This document shows, piece by piece, positions 18,708-26,525 of a stretch of 64,000 nt of DNA. A program made the position numbers and the translations under genes. Origin of the DNA: a virus; IMG/VR virus record IMGVR_UViG_3300027736_000020, positions 120,089 to 184,088 of that record; one strand, written 5' to 3'. Position 1 is the stretch's first letter. Each line of letters opens with the position of its first letter. Under the pieces are notes generated by a model. It worked only from the letters and a program-made list of their open reading frames with translations. It had not been told where the DNA came from and did no database searches.

Positions 18708-18926
18708 ATGAATCAGGTTGTTGCTCCTCCTCCAGTCAAGCTTCCGGACATTGCCATCCCAGATTTGTACGACGACGATCCGTTGATTCCAACAGAAGAG
18801 GACGAGGAGTTGTTTGACTGGGATGAGGTTCTCAAGGGAATCCAATCAGATTTGGATGATGAGGAACCACAGGAAGTAGGTGCCGGGAGCGGGACTCGAA
18901 CCCGCACGGGGAATATCCCCTCCTGA
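18708..18926 (+). CDS. Small acidic hypothetical protein
   Basis: AAAGGA RBS; the 3' end overlaps the antisense tRNA-Leu. Confidence 0.45.
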   Translation: MNQVVAPPPVKLPDIAIPDLYDDDPLIPTEEDEELFDWDEVLKGIQSDLDDEEPQEVGAGSGTRTRTGNIPS

Positions 18927-18964
18927 TTTTAAGTCAGGTATGTCTGCCATTTCATCATCCCGGC
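18881..18964 (-). tRNA. tRNA-Leu(TAA)
   Basis: Reverse complement GCCGGGA...CCTGA-CTTAAAA-TCAGG, long variable arm, GGTTCGAGTCC. Confidence 0.93.
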
Positions 18965-18968
18965 TGGG

Positions 18969-19040
18969 CTGGGGCACTAGGATTCGAACCTAGGAATGCC
19001 GGATTCAAAGTCCGGAGCCTTACCACTTGGCGACACCCCA
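18969..19040 (-). tRNA. tRNA-Gln(TTG)
   Basis: Reverse complement TGGGGTGTCGCCAAGTGGTAAGG...CCGGA-CTTTGAA-TCCGG...GGTTCGAATCC. Confidence 0.93.
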
Positions 19041-19051
19041 TCGCTCACCAT

Positions 19052-19079
19052 ATGATACAGTATTCCTAGGAAAGGTCAA
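19052..19079 (-). promoter_or_regulatory. Sigma70-like promoter for the Gln-Leu tRNA pair
   Basis: TTGACC-16 nt-TATCAT on the minus strand, 11 nt upstream of tRNA-Gln. Confidence 0.55.
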
Positions 19080-19186
19080 TCATGAGCGAAGAACAGAAGA
19101 AATTGAGTCCCGGAGTTCCGTACCCCAAGCCCGAGAAAAAGGTCAAGAAGAACAAGGGCTTCAAGGGCAGCAAGGAAGGCAAGTAG

Positions 19187-19486
19187 ATGTATCTCAATGA
19201 GAATCTTCGAAAATTTTTTCATGGAGAAAAGGGAGCCATTGCGAACAAGATTCGCAATGAGCATCAGACAAAGGCAATCATCGTCCTTCCCATCAAGCCG
19301 CAGAAACGCATTCATTTCTTCCTGAAGACCAAGCGTGTCCTCGCTCAGCCCAAGTATGCGTTGCGTTTTCACAAGAACATGTCTTCCGAAGCTCGCGAGG
19401 TCGTTCTGAAGTACCTCAAGAAGTGGCGTTCAAAAGGAAGCGTTGAAACTTTCTCGACAATCGGGAATATCCTGAGAACATTTTAA
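19187..19486 (+). CDS. Basic hypothetical protein
   Basis: ORF track; K/R-rich. Confidence 0.6.
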   Translation: MYLNENLRKFFHGEKGAIANKIRNEHQTKAIIVLPIKPQKRIHFFLKTKRVLAQPKYALRFHKNMSSEAREVVLKYLKKWRSKGSVETFSTIGNILRTF

Positions 19487-19487
19487 C

Positions 19488-19910
19488 ATGAAAAGCTACA
19501 TTGACTTGTATGAATCTATTCATGAAGATGGTCATCTTGTCGGTGTAGCAAGAAACGAAGAGTTTTCAACGGGAACATTTTACCCTCAGTTGTACAAGCA
19601 TATCGAAAAGCTTGGAGAGGAACGTTCTTTCACGTTTGAGTCATTCGGATACCTTGTCTACGATTTTCCCGGATACAGCATCTTGGATCATCGTAAGGCA
19701 GGGCTTCCGGGTGAGTACGTTTCTCGCCCTGATAGGGATCCAAGTATGCTTCCGTTGGAATGGAGGCATTTGGCTGTTGCCAATCCCATGTTTTCCCACC
19801 GTGATCACTATTCTGGATTCATTCATCCCTCAGATAAATTGTTCATAAAAATATTGGAAAATCCACAATCTGCTGAAGGACATTATTTCATTTTTGGAGA
19901 AACCAGATAA
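19488..19910 (+). CDS. Hypothetical protein
   Basis: ORF track; adjacent to the upstream stop. Confidence 0.65.
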   Translation: MKSYIDLYESIHEDGHLVGVARNEEFSTGTFYPQLYKHIEKLGEERSFTFESFGYLVYDFPGYSILDHRKAGLPGEYVSRPDRDPSMLPLEWRHLAVANPMFSHRDHYSGFIHPSDKLFIKILENPQSAEGHYFIFGETR

Positions 19911-19937
19911 TTCTGGTACAGTAGATTCGTTCAGCAA

Positions 19938-20009
19938 GGTCCTGTGGCGCAATGGTAGCGCAAGAGACTTTTAATCTTTTGGTTGTGGGTTCGACTCCCA
20001 CTGGGACCA
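19938..20009 (+). tRNA. tRNA-Lys(TTT)
   Basis: Acceptor GGTCCTG/TGGGACC; loop CT-TTT-AA; TTCGACT. Confidence 0.92.
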
Positions 20010-20024
20010 CCGTAAGGATATGTC

Positions 20025-20276
20025 ATGATCGAGTTTTCCATCAAAAAGGTTGCATATAAACATAAGAAAAATACCAAAGCGGAAACAACGGTGTTGGCTT
20101 TGGACTTGACGGAAAAAGAGGTCGAGAAAATATTGGAAACGGTGGTTCCCGGAAATTCCAAAGAACTTAGGGAATCATTATTTGCTGCCATTTCCGAATC
20201 AATCTTTTCGCGTGCAGAAAAAGCCATTGGCGAAGAGATTGCCAATGGAGAAATCTGGATGCGTATTCGTGCCTGA
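20025..20276 (+). CDS. Hypothetical protein
   Basis: AAGGA RBS. Confidence 0.6.
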   Translation: MIEFSIKKVAYKHKKNTKAETTVLALDLTEKEVEKILETVVPGNSKELRESLFAAISESIFSRAEKAIGEEIANGEIWMRIRA

Positions 20277-20682
20277 CAAGGTTACGTGGAGAATTGGCGG
20301 ATTAAGATCCGCATCTGTTGGTTCTGCTTGGATTTCTTCAGAAGGACGAACAGGATTTTATCGTGGCAACCGCAAAATTGAAGAACCCAATCCTTTGAGC
20401 AAGGCATTCAGGCAATATTTTGCAGAAGGATTGAACGCTAAAGTTGATGCCGTTCCGGGTTCTTTTGACAATCATGATGATTTGATTGATCAGATAATTC
20501 AGCAATCTGACGCCATGACAGAAAATTGTCTGGTAACTTTTTTTGTTCCCGCAGAATTTTGGTGTCCCGTTCACTGGTTCTTGCTCGACTGCAGACATCG
20601 ACTGACTCCTCGCGAATCATGGCTCGTGGAGTCCAATGTCGATGCGCTTCGTCCGTCTGGTATGATCTTGACGGATGACTGA
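20182..20682 (+). CDS. Hypothetical protein (true start probably downstream)
   Basis: ORF track; overlaps the previous gene. Confidence 0.5.
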   Translation: MLPFPNQSFRVQKKPLAKRLPMEKSGCVFVPDKVTWRIGGLRSASVGSAWISSEGRTGFYRGNRKIEEPNPLSKAFRQYFAEGLNAKVDAVPGSFDNHDDLIDQIIQQSDAMTENCLVTFFVPAEFWCPVHWFLLDCRHRLTPRESWLVESNVDALRPSGMILTDD

Positions 20683-20690
20683 ATTCACGG

Positions 20691-20765
20691 CGGCCCGTAG
20701 CTCAGTGGTTAGAGCACGATCTTATAAATACGAGGTCATGGGTCCAATTCCCATCGGGCCTACCA
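20691..20765 (+). tRNA. Degenerate tRNA-Ile(TAT), possible pseudo-tRNA
   Basis: Cloverleaf with CCA; loop CT-TAT-AA; anticodon stem one base short (CGAT/ATACG); C1:T72 mismatch; T-loop TCCAATT. Confidence 0.65.
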
Positions 20766-20784
20766 TTCAGCAAAAAGGAATATT

Positions 20785-21063
20785 TTGATGCCAGCGATCA
20801 AAATTGAGAATATCATTTGGAGTGTCAACACAGAAGTCAGCGAAGAAGAGTATGCTACTTTCCCATTGGAGGCAATTGTTGACATACACGAGAGTTATTA
20901 TCTTCAAGAACCTATTGAGTCAATTATTCACAATGTCCTTGAAAGTTACACTAATATTCCAGCAAAAAGTTTTGATTTCAGTGTGGTCATGAGAAATGGT
21001 CCGGTACTAAAGTATTTCAAGAATCGTGAAAATACGCTGGCATTTTCCGGGCCGCTTTGGTAA
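20785..21063 (+). CDS. Hypothetical protein
   Basis: AAAGGA RBS. Confidence 0.6.
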   Translation: MMPAIKIENIIWSVNTEVSEEEYATFPLEAIVDIHESYYLQEPIESIIHNVLESYTNIPAKSFDFSVVMRNGPVLKYFKNRENTLAFSGPLW

Positions 21064-21071
21064 TAGTTTGC

Positions 21072-21144
21072 GGACCCATAGCTCAGCGGTTAGAGCATCT
21101 CTCTCATAAAGAGCAGGCCGCAGGTTCAAATCCTGCTGGGTCTA
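21072..21144 (+). tRNA. tRNA-Met or tRNA-Ile2 (CAT)
   Basis: Acceptor GGACCCA/TGGGTCT; loop CT-CAT-AA; TTCAAAT; lacks the initiator three G-C pairs. Confidence 0.88.
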
Positions 21145-21155
21145 CCCAATCACCC

Positions 21156-21515
21156 ATGCGAAGGAAATGTCATTCAGTGCAGAAAGAACAAAGCGAACAT
21201 GACAAAATTTGCGACTTCATTGATGAGCATTACCCTGCTCACAATGAGGAAGAAGGCAATGGAATTCTTCTTGCCGACGGATTTGAGAAGGCATTCATCG
21301 GCGTTGGCGCTGCATATTATAATCCACCTTGCGCCGTGTATGACTACGATAAATGCATTGAGATCCTTATCGATGGTGGTGTGAGTACGTACGAGGAGGC
21401 AGTGGAATATTTCGAGTTCAATGTCGTAGGCGCATATGTTGGCCCTCAGACTCCCATATTCATGCGGAAATTTGAGGAAGTAGAAAAGTTTTCCTTGTTT
21501 GAGAAAGAAAATTAA
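21156..21515 (+). CDS. Conserved phage hypothetical protein
   Basis: LLADGFEKAFIG...AVYDYDKC...EEAVEYFEFNVVGAYVG..TP pattern recalled from phage proteins; start moved past the tRNA. Confidence 0.7.
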   Translation: MRRKCHSVQKEQSEHDKICDFIDEHYPAHNEEEGNGILLADGFEKAFIGVGAAYYNPPCAVYDYDKCIEILIDGGVSTYEEAVEYFEFNVVGAYVGPQTPIFMRKFEEVEKFSLFEKEN

Positions 21516-22072
21516 TGAACAGGTTTATTCTTGATGCCGATCCAACCGTTTCTGCTCAATATCACAACGACAAACATGTCGTCAAGATGATTCTTGAAGA
21601 GGCACAGATGCTAAGTACTGCGCATCGTGTGCTTGATGGCATTGCAACCACTGTTGTTTCTTTGACAGGAAGGAAAAGTACGCAGTACGTGCTTGAGTCC
21701 AAGATGGACGAAGTGTTCTACAAGGCAACACATATCAATCATCCTTGCAATGCTTGGGTTAGGGAAACCTCTGAAAATTATCAATGGGGGTATTCTCTTC
21801 TTGTTTCACTTTTTGCGGAATACACGCATCGGTATGGAAAAATTCATGCAACTGAAAATATTGCGTGGGCGCTGAAGCATCAGCCTCGAAATATTCTTTC
21901 AGGACCAATGACTTCATTTCCTCAAGCAATGCCTGATGAATGCAAGCATATTTCTGATCCCGTTGCGGCTTATCAGAAATACTACGTACTTCACAAGCAT
22001 TCGATTGGACACTGGACTAAGAGGGAAACTCCCTCGTTTTTCCTCAACGCAACGGAAAACTATGTGATATGA
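21515..22072 (+). CDS. Pyrimidine dimer DNA glycosylase family protein
   Basis: MNRFILD..P, DKHVVKMILEEAQMLSTAH, YKATHINHPC..W, NYQW. Confidence 0.8.
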   Translation: MNRFILDADPTVSAQYHNDKHVVKMILEEAQMLSTAHRVLDGIATTVVSLTGRKSTQYVLESKMDEVFYKATHINHPCNAWVRETSENYQWGYSLLVSLFAEYTHRYGKIHATENIAWALKHQPRNILSGPMTSFPQAMPDECKHISDPVAAYQKYYVLHKHSIGHWTKRETPSFFLNATENYVI

Positions 22073-22287
22073 TTAGCTTGAAATCAGAAGAATACATTGG
22101 GTCAGTTTGGAAGACAAAGACAAAAGCCCATTATGGAAGACTTCGACAAATTGTGGGATTCAACAAAAACAGTACGTCAGTGCGGGTAAAGGAACAAGGC
22201 AAGATCACTCGTCAACATGCGAGTGTCATTTACTCTATCAACGTTGAAGTATTTGTTCGGGAACATGATTTGATAAGGAAAAAATAA
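22069..22287 (+). CDS. Small basic hypothetical protein
   Basis: ATGA overlap. Confidence 0.6.
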   Translation: MISLKSEEYIGSVWKTKTKAHYGRLRQIVGFNKNSTSVRVKEQGKITRQHASVIYSINVEVFVREHDLIRKK

Positions 22288-22288
22288 T

Positions 22289-22831
22289 ATGGCTAACACC
22301 GAAGGTCCATCATTGTTTTTGAGCGAAACAATGCAAAACGAATTGCAGGAAATCGATCAGATGATTTCCTACATCGTTCTTGAGCACGATCAGCTTGCCA
22401 AGGCTGTTCGTGCAGTCATTCCCAATGAAGAGCCTCATGTCATTGTATTGAACGAGATACTTGAGTGGCTTCGCATTGCGCGTGCAGCAAGAATTGGTGA
22501 CCTTCGGTACAGGCGTGATATGGTGCTTCCGTATACCAATCAGCAGATCGAGGAAATTTCTCTTGACGAATACATGTTCGAGACTCCTGTTGACATGGAA
22601 AGTCTTCTTCGTCGAAGGCTTGACTCAATCGCACAAGAGAAAGAAAATTTAATTGAATTACCCGTTCAGGTATCGGCAATCCAGATACCCGAGCCAGTCG
22701 TTGAATCTGTGGAGGAATATCATGTACAGGCCCCCGTAACGAAAATGAGTGTCCCTGATTGGGTTCCCATTTCAGCAATTGCAGCCGTAGTGAGTTTGGT
22801 TGTTTCCATTCTTGCGTCATTTGTTCGTTAG
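22289..22831 (+). CDS. Hypothetical protein with C-terminal membrane anchor
   Basis: C-terminal ISAIAAVVSLVVSILASF. Confidence 0.65.
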   Translation: MANTEGPSLFLSETMQNELQEIDQMISYIVLEHDQLAKAVRAVIPNEEPHVIVLNEILEWLRIARAARIGDLRYRRDMVLPYTNQQIEEISLDEYMFETPVDMESLLRRRLDSIAQEKENLIELPVQVSAIQIPEPVVESVEEYHVQAPVTKMSVPDWVPISAIAAVVSLVVSILASFVR

Positions 22832-22841
22832 GAGAAAAAAA

Positions 22842-23582
22842 ATGCAGAGCAGTCTCACACTTTCGTTGAAGCTTCGAAAGAAGCTTGGCGAAACCGCAGA
22901 TCCGTCACATTTTGCGCCAATCAATATTGATGCGCTTGCAAGGGAATTCAATACGTCGAGCACAAGGGTGTTGCGTGCAGCACGTGATCTTGAGCGGAAG
23001 ACAAAGGAAATTCGTCGTCATTATGATACGAGTGGAAAGCTTTTTGCTGCTCGATTGCTCCCTCAATTTTTTGTGAGATATGACTGGACCGTCAATCCCA
23101 ATGAAACGTCTACCAGAAAGGAAAAAACAGCCGTGAACAACAATGATCATGTCGACCCCGTACTGAATTCAGTGAGGAATCCCTTTGACAGTCAGAATCG
23201 TGTGAATGCTTACGTTCGTCCGTCACTGGATAATAATTCCGAGAACAACATTCCTAATCATAACCACAAGAAACCATTTTCTTCTGTGGATCTGTCGTTG
23301 CGAGCAGACACCAATGGTGGTGGGACAACGTACACAGGCATGAACAGCACTATCAAGGCTCCCATGGAAGTTACCATCAGCGATATGTTGCCGATCATCA
23401 GTCAGTACTCATCGGTGCTCTCCACAACCCTTTCCTTGCTCAAGGAGCCGCCGCAGATTGATCCTGCTGCGCAGACGTTGGTGCGGGAGGCACTCCGTGC
23501 ACACGAAGCATTGAAACTTGCGTATTCATTGCTTCCTCCAGAGCATCGCTCACGAGTTCTTGCCACACTGCGTGGTATTTGA
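22842..23582 (+). CDS. Hypothetical protein with possible N-terminal HTH
   Basis: AGGAG RBS; INIDALAREFNTSSTRVLRAARDLE. Confidence 0.6.
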   Translation: MQSSLTLSLKLRKKLGETADPSHFAPINIDALAREFNTSSTRVLRAARDLERKTKEIRRHYDTSGKLFAARLLPQFFVRYDWTVNPNETSTRKEKTAVNNNDHVDPVLNSVRNPFDSQNRVNAYVRPSLDNNSENNIPNHNHKKPFSSVDLSLRADTNGGGTTYTGMNSTIKAPMEVTISDMLPIISQYSSVLSTTLSLLKEPPQIDPAAQTLVREALRAHEALKLAYSLLPPEHRSRVLATLRGI

Positions 23583-24637
23583 TTGTGCCTCCTCTGGTTC
23601 CCGGAGAGCCAAGATATCTTTCCAATTCGCAGATTGAAATTCTTCTTGAATGTACATGGAAGCACAAACTCAAGTACATTGATGATGTGCAAGAGCCAAC
23701 CAGTGACCATCTTATCATTGGTTCTGCTGTGCACAAAGGAGTTGAGGTCTATCGAATCGCTCAAATGGAAAACAGGCTTGGCGAATGGACCGAGAACCAG
23801 AGGAATCGCGCAGTCATTGATGCGATGAACAATGAGTTTGATACCCTTCTGTATAATGCCGAGAACGGCATTCCAAAGGAGGGATCAACTATACAGCCGA
23901 TGTTTGGAGTCAAATGGTCTGCTGGAATGTCCGCTGAAATGGCGAGGAATCTTTGCAAAATGCTCTTGCAAGCATATTTTTATCGTACTGCAGAGAGCGA
24001 CATTCCGGGTACACCCAAGGCTCCATTAGCCATGATCGACACTCCGTTATCCATTGAGGAAGAGTTCATGGTTCCCATTCCGGGAATGCCGAACTGGTCC
24101 GCAAAGGGTCGTTTCGACATGCGAACCAGTTCGGCTATTGTGGATCTGAAGACTGCCAAACAGAAATATTCCCAGCCAGAAATGGCCAAGAAAACACAAC
24201 CAAGTCTCTATTCGTTTGCTTGGTTGGCCAAGGCTGGAGAATTCCTTCCGGAATTCAGATATCACCTGCTGGTGAAACCAAACAGGAATGTCTGGTCTTC
24301 CTCATCGAGACAATCTCCTCCTCAGGATATCAATGCGTATCGTGCGGTAGTTCAGCAAACCAGACGGGATCCGTCCGAGATTCTCTGGTTTCTGGATTAT
24401 CTTCGTCGTCAGATCCACCAGATTGAGGCAGGAACGCAGACACAGCGTCAGAACGCAACATGGTGCGAGTATTGCGGCGTGGCCAGCGTGTGCAAGCCGT
24501 GGCTTGACGAGGGCACTAGACGTGCTCCGGAAGATGTGCTACACTCTCTGCGGGAGCTGGTCAACTCCCGTGACGTAAACGCGGAGGCGACCCCTTCGCA
24601 GGGAATGAAAGGTAACGACAATGGGTTCTCTAAATAA
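23579..24637 (+). CDS. PD-(D/E)XK (RecB/Cas4-like) exonuclease
   Basis: LSNSQ...LEC, GSAVH, GRFD, IVDLKT, QPSLY, CEYC...VC. Confidence 0.85.
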   Translation: MIVPPLVPGEPRYLSNSQIEILLECTWKHKLKYIDDVQEPTSDHLIIGSAVHKGVEVYRIAQMENRLGEWTENQRNRAVIDAMNNEFDTLLYNAENGIPKEGSTIQPMFGVKWSAGMSAEMARNLCKMLLQAYFYRTAESDIPGTPKAPLAMIDTPLSIEEEFMVPIPGMPNWSAKGRFDMRTSSAIVDLKTAKQKYSQPEMAKKTQPSLYSFAWLAKAGEFLPEFRYHLLVKPNRNVWSSSSRQSPPQDINAYRAVVQQTRRDPSEILWFLDYLRRQIHQIEAGTQTQRQNATWCEYCGVASVCKPWLDEGTRRAPEDVLHSLRELVNSRDVNAEATPSQGMKGNDNGFSK

Positions 24638-25106
24638 GATTCTTCTCATCGGGAACGTGGGACGCGATCCAGAAGTGCGTCTCTCCAAGAACGGTGACTC
24701 GATGGCGACGTTTTCCTTGGCGACTTCCTACGGATACAAGAGTGGCGAGGGCGAGCGTGATCAGCAGACTGAGTGGCACCGCATTGTGATGTGGCGCAAG
24801 CTGGCAGAACAAGCAGAGAAGTACGTCAAGAAGGGTCGCAAGCTTTACGTCGAGGGACGTGTGCAGACCCGTACCTACGACACCCCAGCTGGAGAGAAGA
24901 AGTCGATCACTGAGGTGATTGCAGATCGCATGGAGTTTCTTGATCGCCCCGGTGATGGCGAAGACTCCACGGGTTCTTCTGCTCCTTCATATTCTGCTCG
25001 TCCTGCTGCTACCGCAACCGCTTCGCGTGGACGGGCTTCTGGTGGAACGGCTGCGCCCATCCAAGACATGGACGATCCGTTCGCATTCGAAGATCTTCGC
25101 AGCTAA
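24621..25106 (+). CDS. ssb: Single-stranded DNA-binding protein
   Basis: LNKILLIGNVGRDPEVR, TEWHRIVMW, VKKGRKLYVEGRVQTR; G/S/A-rich linker; acidic tail. Confidence 0.95.
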   Translation: MGSLNKILLIGNVGRDPEVRLSKNGDSMATFSLATSYGYKSGEGERDQQTEWHRIVMWRKLAEQAEKYVKKGRKLYVEGRVQTRTYDTPAGEKKSITEVIADRMEFLDRPGDGEDSTGSSAPSYSARPAATATASRGRASGGTAAPIQDMDDPFAFEDLRS

Positions 25107-25128
25107 TCACATCGTATAGTTGGATAAT

Positions 25129-25164
25129 GGGGGCGAGGCTGACCACCTCGTCCCCCTTTTTTTT
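25129..25164 (+). terminator. Intrinsic terminator after ssb
   Basis: GGGGGCGAGG-loop-CCTCGTCCCCC followed by T8. Confidence 0.85.
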
Positions 25165-25176
25165 GAAAGGATTTTT

Positions 25177-25812
25177 ATGACCGTGTTACTGAATGTATTG
25201 ACCGCACTGACTACATTTTTGGCTTTGATTACGGCGAGAATAATTGTTTCTTGGAAAAATTCATATTCTGAACACAAAACTCAATCAAATCCCACAAATC
25301 AATTTTTTGCCACGCATTTTCGTCAATCTCCCTTGCTTCCACATGAAAATGCGGCTCTGGTGGCGATCAATTACATGGGACAGCAAAATCAGATGATGCT
25401 GGCTGCATTTTTGGCTACATATCAAAAAATGATGGATGATATGCTTTCTGATCTGACGGAAAAAAAAGATGACAAGATGGACAATTATGAAATCCTTTGC
25501 AAGGACGAGTTCATCGAAGAAGTGAAGAGACTCATGGATTCGGACTCCGAAAAAGTTGTCAAGGAAATGGCAATGTGGGGCACCGAAAACGTAGAGAAAT
25601 TCAGCTTGACTCTCGGACAAGTGTCAATTGAGACAGACGACTCGGGCGACTCCAATCATGCTATCGATGTATTGGTTGTGTTCCATGTCAAGGGGACGGG
25701 AGAGAATGCCTTGCGTTTTCAGTCCGAAGCATCAAGGTTTCTTCGAGAAATCATTTCCAAAAACGATCATCCTAGCCTTCAATTTCTCCGCGCTGATGTT
25801 CGCTGGCGATAA
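25177..25812 (+). CDS. Hypothetical protein with N-terminal membrane anchor
   Basis: AAAGGA RBS; MTVLLNVLTALTTFLALITARIIVSW. Confidence 0.65.
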   Translation: MTVLLNVLTALTTFLALITARIIVSWKNSYSEHKTQSNPTNQFFATHFRQSPLLPHENAALVAINYMGQQNQMMLAAFLATYQKMMDDMLSDLTEKKDDKMDNYEILCKDEFIEEVKRLMDSDSEKVVKEMAMWGTENVEKFSLTLGQVSIETDDSGDSNHAIDVLVVFHVKGTGENALRFQSEASRFLREIISKNDHPSLQFLRADVRWR

Positions 25813-26119
25813 TCTTTGGCTTTATGTCCTGCTTCCTCCATGGCACAGGTCTTTTGGCCTTTGACTTGCTTTGAGGGAGCAAGATATATTTTATGATGTC
25901 AGCTCTTCGCATGTACAATATTTTTTTTGATTGTCCGCCAATATGCTTGGCGTAAATCTTCCCATACATTGCAGCATCACGCAAGGCAGTTCTGCTTACT
26001 CCATACCGTTTTTGCGCATCATACAGAGTCAGGATATCCTGATAAGTTTCTCCATCCTGTAATGCAACGTTTTTTGCCATGTCTTCATATGTAAAAAATT
26101 TTTCCATTTTATTCTCCAA
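25772..26119 (-). CDS. Excisionase/MerR-like HTH DNA-binding protein
   Basis: LTLYDAQKRYGVSRTALRDAAMYGKIYA. Confidence 0.6.
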   Translation of the reverse strand: MENKMEKFFTYEDMAKNVALQDGETYQDILTLYDAQKRYGVSRTALRDAAMYGKIYAKHIGGQSKKILYMRRADIIKYILLPQSKSKAKRPVPWRKQDIKPKIIASEHQRGEIEG

Positions 26120-26129
26120 GGAGCGGCAA

Positions 26130-26525
26130 ATGTCTCAGAATAATCATCAGTTGAGTGTCAGGGAATTCATGAGTGCGATGGGTCAGGCAACCCCCGATTC
26201 CTTTTCTCCTGAAAATTTTCCATATGAACTCCGTTCAAAACTTATTATTGAGGAAGCAAATGAGTTCAAGGATGCTTGTGAAAAAAAAGACCATGTTGAA
26301 ATCATAGACGCAATTTGCGATTTATTGTATGTAACATATGGTGCAGCGATTGCATTGGGAATAGATATTGATGTATTTTTTAATGAAGTGCATCGATCAA
26401 ATATGTCGAAGCTTGATCCTGAAACAGGCATGCCTATTGTCAGGTCAGACGGCAAGATAATGAAATCATGGGCGTATTCACCTCCTGATCTTTCCACATT
26501 GCTTGATCATCTTTCCGCAAAATAA
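26130..26525 (+). CDS. MazG-like / PRA-PH-like nucleoside triphosphate pyrophosphohydrolase
   Basis: VREFM...LIIEEANEF...IIDAICDLLYVTYG...EVHRSNMSK...DGKIMK; AAGGAG RBS. Confidence 0.85.
   Translation: MSQNNHQLSVREFMSAMGQATPDSFSPENFPYELRSKLIIEEANEFKDACEKKDHVEIIDAICDLLYVTYGAAIALGIDIDVFFNEVHRSNMSKLDPETGMPIVRSDGKIMKSWAYSPPDLSTLLDHLSAK

Noticed and set aside
23579-24637. CRISPR-associated Cas4
   Set aside because: Adjacent to ssb with no cas1/cas2 or array; more simply a phage recombination exonuclease
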